DNA of 64,000 bases from Eledone cirrhosa (taxonomy: Eukaryota): assembly GCA_964016885.1 (NCBI GenBank), contig OZ024742.1, positions 280,240,001 through 280,304,000 on the forward strand. Reading direction: 5' to 3'. Each line of letters begins with the position of its first letter. Within the stretch, counting starts at the first letter, position 1. The translations under genes were made by a program, and so were the position numbers. This document shows positions 11,810 through 25,596 of the stretch, piece by piece. The notes under the pieces were generated by a model. It was not told the DNA's origin, did no database searches, and saw only the letters and a program-made list of their open reading frames with translations.

Positions 11810-14800
11810 TAATAACTTAACTTTGATAACTTTGATAGGTTTCGGCCAGTATTGGCCCATGCCAAGTCTAACTAAATAGCACCACCTGGCGAAGTCTTAC
11901 AAATTAGTGTTTGGGCACCATGGCCCACCCGAGCAGAGAGTTATTGTTTACGGAGGCATATCCGGGTGCAGGAGGCTTATCTGGGATTTTTTGAAGGAAT
12001 TTATCCAAAGACTTCTTGAACTTAATGGGGTCTGTCTCTGCTTTGATGTGTTTTGGTGTAATGTTAAAGCGTGCAGGGCCAATTGAAGTGAAATAATTGT
12101 GCCGTATTGTTGTTATGAGATGCGAGTGAGAATTTTCTCTTGGGCGGATAGCACGGGTCTCAAACCTTGGGTGTACATTAAAGGTGATGCCAACATCATT
12201 TGGGTAAAGCTGATGGAATATTTTCCACATCAAGCAGATAATGTAGCGCTCACGGCGACGTTGGAGAGAATAAAGGTTGAGCTTTTCTAACCGACTCCAA
12301 TAGTCAAAGCCTGTCATGCCATCTATCTTTTTGTAATTGACCTTTGGGGTGCTTCAACTTTCATGATACTTTGTTTCGTGTGGGGTGATCACAGTGTACA
12401 ACAGTATTAAAGGTGCGGTCGGGCAAACGTGGAGAAGAGAAGGATAACAGTGTGGATATCTCTCGACTGGAAAGTTCTGAGAATCCAGGAACACATTCTA
12501 AACATTGCTGTTTATCTGAGTGGCCCAGCTTATATTGTTGTCCCAGGTCTCTGATGTTATTGGATGCCACTAGAGTTTCACCCGAAGGAAGGGAGTATGG
12601 TAGTTTCAGGGCATCCTTTTTTCCAAAGTGGGTTAATTCAAACTTATCCTCATTCAACAGCATATTATTCATTTCTGCCCATTGGATAACAGCCAGTAGG
12701 TCTGACTGAAAGCAAGTCCGGTCACCCACCTCATTGATGACCCTTTGGAGCTTGGAATAATCTGCAAAGATTCTAATGTTGCTGTGCTTGAGGATGTCAG
12801 TAATGTCATTAATGTAGATGATGAAAAGAAGTGGGCCCACACAGTGCCTTGTGGGACGCCACTGCTGACTTTGGCAGGGCTTGATCTTACTCCTTCGACT
12901 ACAACATGTTGGGTTCTGCCTGTCAGGAAACATTTGATCCACTGTAGTAACCTTCCCGAGACACCAACATTTGATAGTTTTTTCAGTAGAATTTTATGAT
13001 TAACCCTGTCAAAGGCCTTGCTGAAATCAAGGTAGATGACATCAGTGTTGGAGCCCTCTCCCGAGGTTCTCAAGACATCGTCAAAGTTGGTTGGAGTTCA
13101 GCAGGCCATTGCCTTCAAGAAAGTTGGTTATTCGTGATCTCAACACCCTCTCAAATACCTTGATAATATGAGAGGTGAGTGAGATCGGGCGGTAGTCCAC
13201 TGCAAGGGACTTATTTCCCTTTTTGAAGACTGGAGCAACGGACTGGTATAGAAGGTTTTCAGGAATATAGCCAGTGTCCAGTGAGTTCCTCTACAGATTA
13301 GCAAGAGGAGATGCAAGTTGATGTCGAAACACCTTCAGGACACAGGCAGGGAACCTGTGGGGCCTACTGCTGAATTGGGTTTAATTCCGTTTATTGCCGC
13401 TAAGACCCCGGGGGCGCCAAACGTTATGTCTAATATAGTTTGTTGGGGATTAACATCACTGATCCAGCCCAGATCGGCCATATCAGGATTGCTGAAAACA
13501 GAGCAGTATTGTTTCTGCAGTATCTCGCCCATGGTTTTGGCATCGTCTTGGAGTGTGCCATTTTCATCAACTAGGGCGCCAACAGTGGAGACGGTGACCT
13601 TGTGTTTTTGAGCAAATGAAAAGAACACTTTGGGGTTGAGTTTGATTTTCTCCACCTCTCTTCAGCTATTCTTATGTTATTGATGATGGTCATCATGCAT
13701 TGCTGGAGAGTATATTTTTTTCGACACAAGCAGGGCGATAGCCATCGGATGTGGGTGTTGCTGTTGGCAGTATTTTAGGGTGTTTTTTTCTTTGTTTGTT
13801 CTTTTTATTTTTCTGATAATTGTTTTTCTGTTTGTGGGGTTACAGAACTGGATTTTGGTCACAGGTTTTGGTGGGGTGTGTTTTGTACATATATTAGTGA
13901 CAGTGTCTACAAAGAACTGCCTAGATGTTTTGATGTTGGTGGAAGTGTGTGCGTGTGTAAAAGACCAGTCAACATGTGATAGTTCTTTCATAATTCCATC
14001 CCAGTTGGCATTGTAGAGATCCATGTTATCAAATGGGTGGGCTGGAAAGAGGACCCTGGGATTAGCTTTCGGCTGGTGGAATCTCCGGTTACAAAGAACC
14101 ATCTCATGGTCTGAGAGGAGGGTTTTTTTCACTGTAATATTATGTATAGTGTTAGTGTGGTTACTAAACACTAGATCCAGAATATTCTTCTGATGCCTCA
14201 TTGGTGCAAGGAGAAGTTGGGACAAGACAAACTCATTCATGAAGTCAAGGATTGACTCGACAGCTTCTTTGTCAGTGGTTGAGTTTGTGATGCCTGGTTT
14301 CAAACTACATGTAGACCAATCGACAGATTAGTCTCCCATCAAAAGTATGTTGCTAGAATGGCACTGTTTAATATAGCATTTGAGACATTCTTTGAAGCAG
14401 ATTATGGGTGTTTGTGGTGGCCTATAGAGCTCAACTAATGTCAGGTCATTGGTTTCATTGTGCACAGTGACTGATTCACAGTTTCCATTAGAGAATGTTG
14501 TGTTACCATCTGTCGTAAAGGAATTATGCAGGAAAATGGCAGTGCCACCCTTCCTTCTGCCAACACGATCCGCACAGATGGTTGGGAAATTTCTCACTCT
14601 TACTTCGGTCTCCAAGTGGGAGTTGTCAACGTAGGTTTCAGTAAGAATAAAGAAGGGCATATGAAATGGATGGTTACCAACCCAATCCTCAATGAATTGG
14701 ATCTTCGATTTCTGTGCATTGATGGATGGGCTGATAGCTTGTGTATTGAGTAAAAATGTGGAGGCTAGTGTGGTGGCTGATTTTGACTGTTGCAGGGGGC

Positions 14801-16399
14801 TTGTTTTGTGATTGTGTGTTAGTGACAGCAAGGGTGGTGTTGGGTGATGGCTAAAATGTTTTTCTCTATCTGTTTTGCCAGGTTCATGGCTAAAAACGAA
14901 AGATTTTTTGGGTCAGGGAGAAGTTTTTGATTGGATTTGTGGTTAACCATTGAATAGGGTTGCAGTTCCCTCTTTTGTCGTTGTTGTTGTATTTGTTGTA
15001 ATTGTGTCTTTGTGAAAAGACTGGAGCAGCGTTATTTTTGTTGTTGTTGAATTTGTTGTTGTAATCGTGTATTTGTGAAAAGACTGGAGCAGCATCACTT
15101 TTGTTGTTTTTGTTGTAATCATGTCTTTGTGAGGAGACCGGATCAGCTTTACTGCAGGAAGGGGTGGCTTTCTTGTAGTTTGTGTGTTGGCATGGAGCCC
15201 CTTTTCTGTTCGTGCGTTGTGTCCTAGGAAGATGAGTGATGGGACAGTCAGTCAGCAGACATAGCCTCCCACGTTGGAAATGTTGCCAGATTTTGGGACA
15301 GCGTGCTTTGGTGTTGGATGGCAGTGTTAGTGCGCCTAGTACACGGTAAATGGGTAAATATACAGTCGCCACGTGTGCATAGCTTCTGAGTAGCAGCATA
15401 TTTTGGGGTTTCTAGTATGTGTAGTAGGGGGGGGGGGGTTGCATAGAGTTCCATAGATTTTTGTTTTAAAGTTCTTTTGACTATGGTATGGTTGTGGTGG
15501 TGATGTGTGGGAAGAAAGCAGTATTGGTGATGATGATGATGACAACTGTGGTGGGAGAGCGAGAGCAGTGGTCTATTACTAGCAGTTGATGTGGCAGAAG
15601 ATGTTGATGTGGCAGAAGATTGTGACGGTGGTGATGGTGATGGCGATAATAATGGCTGAGTCAGTGGTTGAGGGATACTGTCATTCAGTAAATCAGCTAT
15701 TATGCTTGAAATCAGTAGTAGTCACTCCTGATTTTCTGGCTGTTGTTGTTGTTGCTGTTGTTGTGTTTGGCCATTGGTGTAAATATGTAGAAATTTGTCA
15801 AAATGGTTTTGAATTAATTTGAAAGAGACTTCTACATGTTTTAGTTTGTTGTGTATCTACTTAGCAGACCTCGTGGTAAATGTTTGAGCTGTTTTTTCAG
15901 CAATTTCTTTCAAACATGACGCGTTAATGTTTATTGTTTGGGACAGAGAAAAACATGTGTTTATTAAGAGGTCAATTTCATCTCAGACCAATTTCGTCCG
16001 TTTGTGGGCTTGCTGGTTAGTAGTCATATTTTTTTTTTACCCTTGTGTGCATTTTTTAAAGACATTTGATATTTGATACGTGAGTGAGACCTTGGTTATT
16101 TGAAGAATTAAAGAATCGTGTATATATATATATATTTATATAAGGTTGGTAATTTAAAACTCTACTTCGGAGATTTGATTCTGACTTCTATTTAATTGCC
16201 AACCTGTAGGTGTTGTTTTCCATACAGTAACGGTTAAACTCACATGTAATAATTCTTTACACAGATCTCACTGTATAACACACTTCTCTCTGTGTAATAT
16301 ATTTGTATTTGAGCTCAGTTGAAAATTCTCTGTTTTTCTTTGAGCTAATAATATTATTATTAATGTGAACTGTGGAATACTCTAATTCCGATCCTTGTG

Positions 16400-16453
<54 letters not shown>

Positions 16454-16835
16454 TCTCTTATGGATGTGAGTTTGTTTGTTTGAGCATGTTAATAGTTTTT
16501 GGTTATTTGGCTGTTTGAAGATATCCAAGGAAAAACGAGTGTGTACAATAATTTGTTGTTAAAAAACTTACTTGCGAGTTTGTAGGGAAAGACAGTGTAT
16601 TTGTATATACTTTTTCCTTATGTGAGTGAGCCTTTGGTTATTTGAAGATATTTAGAGAAAGACGACTGTATATAATAATCTGTGGTTAAGAAAACGTACT
16701 TATGAGTTGGTAGGAAAAGCACGTGGTTACAAATATATATACATATATATATATATGTTCGGTCAGTTAGGCCTTAAAGCTCTGTAGCTTGCTACTGACT
16801 TGGTAGAGAGCAATAGAAACACGTCTGTTCGCTTC
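11810..16835 (-). mobile_element. Degenerate near-full-length CR1/L2-group LINE
   Basis: APE endonuclease (FILTET, GGTAIF, LYRPP, LLMGD; 14328-14831), RT (DVIYLDFSKAFD, SGVPQG, IFADYSKL; 12361-13655), C-terminus RLEKLNLYSLQRRRER; short tandem 3' tail (TATCAAAGT)x2 at ~11820; GACGTG motif near 16820 at the putative 5' end; many frameshifts. Confidence 0.9.
14890..15545 (-). pseudogene. LINE ORF1 remnant with CCCH-like zinc-finger motifs
   Basis: LCTRGDCIFTH and (C)QHFQRGRLCLLTDCPITH in overlapping frames upstream of the endonuclease. Confidence 0.55.
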
Positions 16836-16994
16836 AATAAAAACTATTTTATAAAATGTCAGTTCACTTCATATAAAAACTATTTTATAAAATGTATTTG
16901 TTACCCATCTTAAAACTGTATTTCAACTGAAGTTCTATTTAAAAGATTTGATATGCATAAGTATGTGAAGTCTATATACATGTATATATGTATG

Positions 16995-17040
<46 letters not shown>

Positions 17041-17044
<4 letters not shown>

Positions 17045-17650
17045 TATTAATAATGAGTTCAAACTCAGGTAGTCCTTTACAAAGAAATAGCTCAAAGAAA
17101 GAAGTATTTCTGAGCCGTGTAATACAAGTTAATATAAATGAATATATTTGATAAACACAAATACCAACATATCCATGTTTGTATTGTAAACGACTAAGTT
17201 AGCTAGATTGAACAATACTAATTATACTAATGCAGTTTGCCTGTCTCGATTTAAAATAATAAATCAATAAAAACAAAACATATTGGCAAATGGCCGTGGT
17301 GCTTGGACAAATTTAAATTTCAAAATCAAACCTGTTCCGTAGACTGGTTTAAACCTTAAAATCCAAATAAGTTTCCAAAAATGAAACAGTGAAAGAATAC
17401 CGCATTTCTATCTCCTCACAAGCACCAGAAAAATTGGTCTGTCTCACTTCAAAATATTTAAAAAGACTATTTAACGCACATGGTTTTTCACACATGGTTA
17501 TCCAGTGTCTAGCTACCGCATACTCGTGCTGCTAGAAATAACAGCCGTTTATATGGGGTTAAATTTAGCTCTACGTAAGGAGCAGTGATACTATTAATAA
17601 TGAGTTCAATCTCAGGTAGTCCTTTACAAATAAATAGCTCAAAGAAAGAA
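17041..17650. repeat. Short non-coding element with ~62-bp direct terminal repeats (period ~548); homolog inverted at 40683-41112
   Basis: ATACTATTAATAATGAGTTCAA.CTCAGGTAGTCC at 17041 and 17589; second copy on the opposite strand at 40.7-41.1 kb. Confidence 0.75.
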
Positions 17651-17880
17651 GAGGTAGTAACAGAGAGTGAGTGAGTGAAGGGTGAGCAAGAAGCTAACAG
17701 AGAGTGTGACTGTTAGAGAGGGTAAAGATACAGAGAAAGAGGAAGCAGTAAGAACGAAATAGACGGGTCCCGGTGGGGGAAAAAATGTGTGTAAATATGA
17801 GAATAAACGTGCTGCGTGGTTGCAAATGGGTTACATATGAATAAAGTTAGTCCTTCATCAGTGATCTTCCAACCATCATT

Positions 17881-17950
<70 letters not shown>

Positions 17951-18261
17951 TTCAAGAGTAACCAATCTTAAAGAGAGAGATATAGATAAGAGAGTAGAGA
18001 TTGGTGAATTAGTTAGAAGCCAAAGCGTAAAGACATGTGCTCAATGTGCAGTATGCTGTGGAAAGCAGCTAGGTGGCTGGGTTCATGCACAAGTTAGGTG
18101 CGCAGAGCTGGAAATATTCATTAGTTAAACAAAACAAGACCACACATTTCACAAGGAGGATATTATTAAAAGATTGTCAACATATTTTAGTTTGATGTAA
18201 GGAATGTAGAGAATAATAATAATAATATTATTAATAATAATAATTATTATTATTATTATTC

Positions 18262-20730
18262 TTTGAGTCTCAGTCATTGATGTTTGTTAACTGGAAAGTT
18301 TGTTGAAATGAATATCACGCCACTACCTGCAGCCTCAGATATTCAGGACGTATCGGAGGGTTCTTGCTTTTCCCAGCAAGCATGCCGTTTGAAGCGTTCC
18401 AAAAAGCGTTAAGGGGCCAATTTTCTTTAACCATCCCTGGAAACTTTTTGAGATAGTACCTAGTGCGCATATGACAATCGGGACCACTTTGACTTCATGG
18501 CAGTTCCAAATCCTTTTTACCTCCCACTTTAAGTCCTGATATCGGTTAATTTTCTCGCTCTCCTTCTCTTGCACTCTCGTGTCGAATGGGCAGGCCACAT
18601 CTACAATCAGGCACGATCTTTTTTCTTTGTCCAAAACCACCAGATCAGGTCTATTGTGTTCCAGTTTCTTGTCCGTCTCTATCCTAAAATCTCACAGCAC
18701 CTTCACCTGGTCGTTTTCTATCACCGACTCTGGCTTATGCTCATACCACTTCTTAGAATGTGGTAAATTGCTTACTTTGGATAGGTTCCAGTGGATCATC
18801 CTGCTCATCACATCATGTCTCCAGCCCTTATAGTGAGTCTGGGCTAGGTATTTACACTCGGATACAATGTGAGCCACAGTCTCCTCTCTCTCTCCACAGA
18901 TTCTGCACAGTGGGCTAGCCTCCTCCTTGTAAATATGGTGTTTCAACCACTCGTTCTGAGGGCCTGCTCTTGCGCAGCCATTAACATTCCTTCTGTAGCC
19001 TGTTTAAGGTCTCCTCTTTTCAACCAGTTCCATGTCTGTGGATCTCTGAATTCAGTTTTCTCAAAGAATGTACTATGAAGGGATTTTTCCTGAAGGCTGC
19101 TCTTTCTCCTTCTTATTTCATCCTTGGACAACCCCTGGTCTATTGTCCTCTCCTTCAGTACAGTTCTGAGCATTGGCTCCTTACTATCAGTCACGTATTT
19201 GTGTAGGTTGTTTTTCTCCATCTGAACACAGTCCTCTATGCTGATAAGACTTCTTCCACCTTCAGATCTCCTTAAGTAGAGTATATCCACATCACTCCTC
19301 TTGTGGAACATGTTGTAGATAGTCAATAGCTTCCTCGTCTTCCTATCCATTTCTTTTTGTTCAGCAACAGTCCATCTCAGAATTCCCGCACTGTACCTAA
19401 TAATAGACACAGCTCGAGAATGTACTGCACTTATAGCATTCCTACTGTTCAGATGTGACTTTAATACGCACCTTACTCTCCGAATGTATTCAGTTCTTAT
19501 CAATTCCTTCACTTTTTTTGTTCTTGATGTCATCAGCCTCCAGAACACCCAAATACTTGTATCCTTCTTCAGTGTCAATTTCCATTATCATCTCACCTGT
19601 TGGCACCTAGATTCCGTTGCTTCTGCTCAATTTACCCATCTTCATCACAATGACTCCACACTTACTAATACCAAATTGCATACATATATCATTGCTGAAA
19701 ATACGGACAGTGTCAACAAGCACATCCAACTCCTTCTCACTCTTCCCGAAGAGCTTAAGATCGTCCATGAAGAGGAGGTGATTGATGGTAAGCTCTCCCT
19801 TTCCCAACTTGTATCCTGCTATCACTTTTCGCAGTATAATGGTCAGGGGCATCAGGGCAAGGACAAACAACAGAGGGGACAGACTATCTCCCTGGAAGAT
19901 ACCTCCCTTGATCTTCACGCCTCCCAAGGATTCTCCAGCTGATGTTAACTCTGTTTCCCAGGACTTCATACTTTTGCCCAACAACTGTCTGATGTTATAT
20001 GCCACCTTGAAGATCTCTAGGCTTTTGGTGATCCAAGAATGAGGCACCATGTCAAATGCCTTTTTGTAGTCTATCCATCCCATGGCAAGACCAGTGTGTC
20101 TCCTCTTGCAATTCCTCATTACCATATTATCAATAACTAACTGGTCTTTTGTACCACGGGACTTCTTTCGGCATCCTTTCTGTTCGTCCGGTAACAAGTT
20201 GTTTGTGTGGAGGTGATGGTAGATTTCCTCAGACATATGCTTGTCAACAGTTTCCACATTACGGACAGACATGTGATAGGTCTATAGTTGGTAAAATCAT
20301 TACCCTTGATTCGGTCTTTCATTATCAGAACTGTGGTACCTTTTGTCAACCACTCTGGTACCTCACCTGACATCAAGGAGTCATTGAACTTGGTTGTCAG
20401 TTGCGGGTGGAGAGATGTTATATGTTTAATCTAATACCCCTGCACACCATCTGGGCCTGGTGATTTCCAGTTGGTTAGTTTTTTGGCCTGCCCCTTAAGA
20501 GTTTCATCTGTGATACTCAAATCAGTTTGTTGGTGTGCCTGTTCACTAATCTCCTTCTGTACTGTCTCAATCCACACCGCCTGGTCATTATGTTTAACAT
20601 CCTGCTCCCATATTCCTCTCCAGAATGTTTTAGTTTGTTCCGCCTCAGGTATTAAGTCGTTGCCTCTTTCTTTCCCTAGCAAGCTGTCCAAACAGCATCT
20701 TCTGCTTGTTGTCAAACATGCGGTTCTATC
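18262..20730 (-). mobile_element. 5'-truncated R4/Dong-clade non-LTR retrotransposon (RT plus restriction-like endonuclease)
   Basis: [44 protein letters not shown]; zinc knuckle CRICGEREETVAHIVSEC; RHD; PDL..IVDVACP..KE.EK..Y; flanked by (TAA)n/(TTA)n. Confidence 0.9.
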
Positions 20731-20872
20731 TATAATAATAATAATAATTATTATTATTATTACTAATATTATTATTATTATTCTCTACATTCCTTACATC
20801 AAACTAAAATATGTTGACATCTTTTAATAATGTCTTCCTTGTGAAATTTGTGGTCTTGTTTTGCTTAACTAA

Positions 20873-20956
<84 letters not shown>

Positions 20957-21001
20957 GAAAGTAAAACAAAGAAGCCTTCAATACATCAAAAGTCTTTATT
21001 A

Positions 21002-21040
21002 GCCAACAATGTTTCGTCCTATTAAGGACTCATCAGGGCA
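21002..21040 (-). ncRNA. Hammerhead ribozyme in the 3' pseudo-LTR
   Basis: GCC-CTGATGA-GTCCTtaatAGGAC-GAAA-CATTG-TT-GGC then TAATAAA. Confidence 0.8.
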
Positions 21041-22647
21041 ATTAAAACAACAAGAAGTATTATCGGCCAATACAAGCCGAAAACTCCGAAGAATATGGAG
21101 TGTACATACACTAAAGTATTGCAAGATTATGGGTAAAAATATATAGTAAAAGTCACTAAGGAGGTGTATAACATTTAGAACCATATTACAAATATAGTCA
21201 AAAACCAAAAAAACCTAGAGCTAAACAAAGGTGGTTATATAGAGCGGGAATTATATATAATACTATATAATATAATATAATATACTTGTAACAATATTAA
21301 AATTACAATAAAAATTAAAAGGTACAATATACATATGTATATATGTACGCACACGTACGCACATATACACATACATCAACAGCACAAATTAAACATTATT
21401 AAGAGCTTAAATATAAATAAGCATGATAGGAATAAAAATAATAATAATAATTATAATAATAATACGTATATCTAATATACATGAGGTAATAATATAATAA
21501 CATATATAATAACATATATAATATATAATATATAATGGCATGCAAGTTAACAAATCAATTCATATAGAGTTACAGAGTAGGTGAGAAAAAAAAAATTGTA
21601 CAATACCCAAAATTATGATGGTACAAAAATATAAACATCTTACATGATATATAAAGTTTAACATATCATAATGGTACATATAATCAACGGTAAGTAATAA
21701 GGATCGATAGTACAATAACAAATACAATATAAAATAATTAACATAATATAATATATAATTACTTATAATTATAAGGTTGGTAAACAAACATATATGTGGA
21801 TGAGTGAGTAAGGGCCAGACAGTAAATAGAATGCACAGTAGTATTAATAAATAAATAAATAAATAGAATCAACCGGAAATTAAAAAACAAAAACAAAAGT
21901 ATATACTTAGTTCTCACATGCAGTTAAGTAAAAACTTAGGAAACAACCCCGGTAAATGACTCGAAAACCCTATTTGATAAATTAATATTAAAAATATTTA
22001 AAATATCTAATCAGGCAATACAATATTAGCTATGGTTTATGTAATCAAAATTTATAAACGTTAATATTTCACTACAAATATATATATAAAGGAATGAAAT
22101 TTTCTACTATCATTTACATAACGATATCTAAAAAACTGACTTAAGCAAAATTATCGTAGGCTAATAGGGACAGAAAAAAAGAAATGTATGAAGGATACAA
22201 AGGAGCATAAAATCATAGTCAATATACTATATTAAATAATAGAAAGGAGCGTAAAAGAGGGGGGGGGGATTAAATATAATCATAATCTATTTGAAGAGGT
22301 TGACAATAAGTTTATGTGCGCATGGGGGGATGGGGGGAAGGTGTGTGTGTGTGGGGGGGGGGGGGGGTATCCAAAGACGAATCCAAATAAAATAAAATAA
22401 AATAAAATAAAATGAAATAAAATAAAATAGTGTAAAATATCTAATCAGATATATACTCATAAGGTGTCAATAGTGAAAATTTAATGCGTATGAAGATAGA
22501 TATGGTATAGTAGCCAAAAGATTATGAGAGCTAGAATAAAGAGTTGTGAAAAACCAATGATAATAATGATGATAATAATGGTGGTAAACAAAAAGAACCT
22601 AAACAAAAAGAACCTAAACTAAAAAAATAAGTAATGGAATATATCAG

Positions 22648-25330
22648 CTAATGGATACAATTTATACTACTAGAACCTTTAGGTTTATAATAAAAGTAAG
22701 AATTAGAAATAGCGTGGGGGCAAGAAGAGAATATCTCAGACTTTCTATTAAGCAAGGATTCGCTAGAGAAAATTATAGAGTGTGTCTCGAGGATACAGAG
22801 ATTACAAAATTTAGTATGTGTAGAAAGGTTATTAGAGCTTGCTACTAAACGCCAATTAAGGCTATATGATATATTAGCCCCCTTAAGATCCCAGATATAG
22901 TGTGCTAAAGAAGTAGAATTCTTAAACTTAACATGTTTGAAATTAGAGATATGAGAATTAAACCTAGTCTTAAAAGTGTTGGATGTAGAGCCTATATAAG
23001 TTCTATTAGAGGAATTAGTTATAACTACGCAAGCATAGACAATGTTCTTAGAGAGGCAGTTACCGTTTAAAGGGTAGTTAGCAATCACTCTACAGTTACA
23101 CTTCCGGGTGCTATTGGTTGGCTGAAGTAGTGATGCATTACACGTAGGATTGCTATTAGATAAGGTCTGTTCTGGTGGTAAGGCATTTCCAGATCTGTTC
23201 AGACTAGTAGTATGTAGAGAGGAGAATACATCCCTAATTTTCCTATTGTTAGTGCTAGCTAAATGAGAACTAATATTAGGGGTGGTAGAGAATGAAAGTT
23301 TAATAACATTTTTATTAAAAATACTATGGTATTTATGAGAAGGGGGGAAATTTTTCTCTAAGATAGAAAAGAAAGACCTAGGGATATTAGTTAATACTTC
23401 CTGATTATATGGCGGGTTAAAATAAGTATTTAGTCTCCTATTTTTATCCTTACCGACTCTACCATTATCTAATATCCCACTATTAAGACTAGGGTTACTA
23501 CAAGGATTAGTTTTAACCGCATTATTAGAATCAGCCAAAATTCCATTAAGTCTCTTACTGTTTCTACCTCCACTAGATCTGCTGTCGTCTGGAATCCCAT
23601 CAAAAGGATTAGGGCCAATAATAGGATCAGTAGAAGCAACATTATTAGAATTAGATCTAGCAAAATTATCACCAATGAGTGAGCGCTCAGAGGGTTCGAC
23701 TTGTTTCCTAGAAGCATTATATTCCCTATTACGAGTCCCGTGGGTTAACTTATGGATGGGTTCAGATACACCTATGTAATTTTTACGGTTATTATGCTTC
23801 CTACTCCCATTCATGGCCATGTTATGTGATATTATGTTATTATTATTATAAGTAAGCGGAGACTTTCCAAGGTTACTATTATTATAATGTATTTTACTAG
23901 AGTAACCGGAATTTGCTAGGGCATTATTATAGTATTCCGCATGTTCATTAAATGTTCCTACGTCCTTAGAGAGTGTGGAAATCCTATTAGATACACCCTT
24001 AATTATAGAGCTTATCATAGATTTGGGGTGGTTAGAATTGGGACTAACATAAGAAAGTATTTCATTAGGCTTATGGAAGGGTTTAAAACTATTAGTGACC
24101 AAGTGCAAAGTCACATCTAAAAAGTTGACCGCTCTATCGTTTCTATCTATCGTGATCGAAAGGTTATAGCTTTTAAAAAAACTTATAAAGCTTCTTCTTA
24201 TTATGCTCGACATTGTTGGTGCTAGAGTTAATTACAAACAATGCATCATCACGATATAGTCCGCCTTTAAGGTGCGGAAAGGTAACATATAGTTCATTTA
24301 GGAGGAACAACCCAAGATCAGTTACCTGGGCCGAATCACTCGAACCCATTGTAACGTCGAAATTGTTGGGCGTGTTTTTACGGGTCCAAAATGTGTCCTC
24401 AAATTTAATAATAGTGCTACGGGCTGCTAGTATAATATCTACCTGTGATCGTGTAAGGCTGGACACTCTCATGGCCAACATTAAAGCTTTATTGAGGAGG
24501 ATGGGTGAAATCGATGTGTAGTAGGCATCAATATCGAATTGGATAAACTTATTAGATTCAAGTTTATTAATCCCAGAGAACCAATCTATAACTTCCTTAG
24601 TGTTCCCCCATAGGTTAAAATTAACTTTATCCCTAACATCTGGTATAATAAGGTCAAGGATTTTTTTACTGATTATGGCTATATCGGACTTAGAAGGACA
24701 GATGAGTCTAACAGAGGGGTTACTAATGATATCTACCTTATGATCCTTAAGAGTGAATCTCGGTTCTCGAGGGTAATATGACTGGGTATACTTATCGAGG
24801 CCGAGGTCAGAGACAATTTTAAGACCCTCACTATTGATGTGGTTCAAATTATCAAGCGTAGTTTTTTCATAATTTCTATGTAGCTCCTTATAAATAAAGT
24901 CACGGTAAGCACTGTAATCCATGGAGTATAGATTCTTAGTCTTATCCGCCGGGACTAGAATGGACTTATTCTCACCAAAACCCTTAACAATATTTTTAAG
25001 TCTAGACTGGAACTTATCAAATTTATTATAATTTCTATGTCTATTATTTGGCCTATACTTAATATTTTTGACAAGAGAGAGTAAGTCACTTTCAAAACTA
25101 TCTAATAGAATATTATGTGGTGGGCTCTTATAAGTTTTGAAGCCATAGTTATTAAAATGTGTTCTATTCATGGGGTCCTTCCTATTCTTATTATTATCAT
25201 AGTGGAAAGCACGCCATCTAATCCTCTTTACAAAGGAGTTAACACTAGCAATCAATAGTTTTTCGTAAGTATTCTTAGAGGGGGTGGGATTATTCTTCAG
25301 AGATAAAGGCAGGTAACTCTTTGTTAGCAT
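22648..25330 (-). CDS. Naiad-type PLE RT-GIY-YIG polyprotein with a single +1 homopolymer frameshift at ~24175-24181
   Basis: SLKNNPTP, VKRIRWRAF, VPADKTKNLY, FTLKDHK, FIQFDIDAYY, FDVTMGS, GLYRDDAL, VNFLDVTL, SNHP, FNPPY, CNCR..PLNGNCL, IVY..YIGST, CNLC..E, LLNRKSE..CPH. Confidence 0.85.
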
Positions 25331-25557
25331 ACTGTCAGATATATATATATATAAAGGCCAAAATACCAGTATATAGGAGGAAGCTCAACCAATCGGGAGC
25401 AGTGACAAGGATTAAAATACTGGAGCGTGTTGGAGTTTAACACCCTCTTCGTATTATATAAATGACAGTAAAAGGTATAGCTCAATGTAATTAAACAGAG
25501 CCGAAGAATTATGAAAGTAAAACAAAGAAGCCTTCAATACATCAAAAGTCTTTATTA

Positions 25558-25596
25558 GCCAACAATGTTTCGTCCTATTAAGGACTCATCAGGGCA
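25558..25596 (-). ncRNA. Hammerhead ribozyme in the 5' pseudo-LTR
   Basis: Same motif as 21002-21040. Confidence 0.8.

Noticed and set aside
24170-24185. T-run as a programmed frameshift in the Naiad ORF
   Set aside because: It would need a +1 shift in the middle of the RT domain; a homopolymer indel is simpler
22648-25330. Selenoprotein-type Naiad (in-frame UGA plus SECIS)
   Set aside because: No in-frame TGA in either ORF; the only break is a homopolymer frameshift
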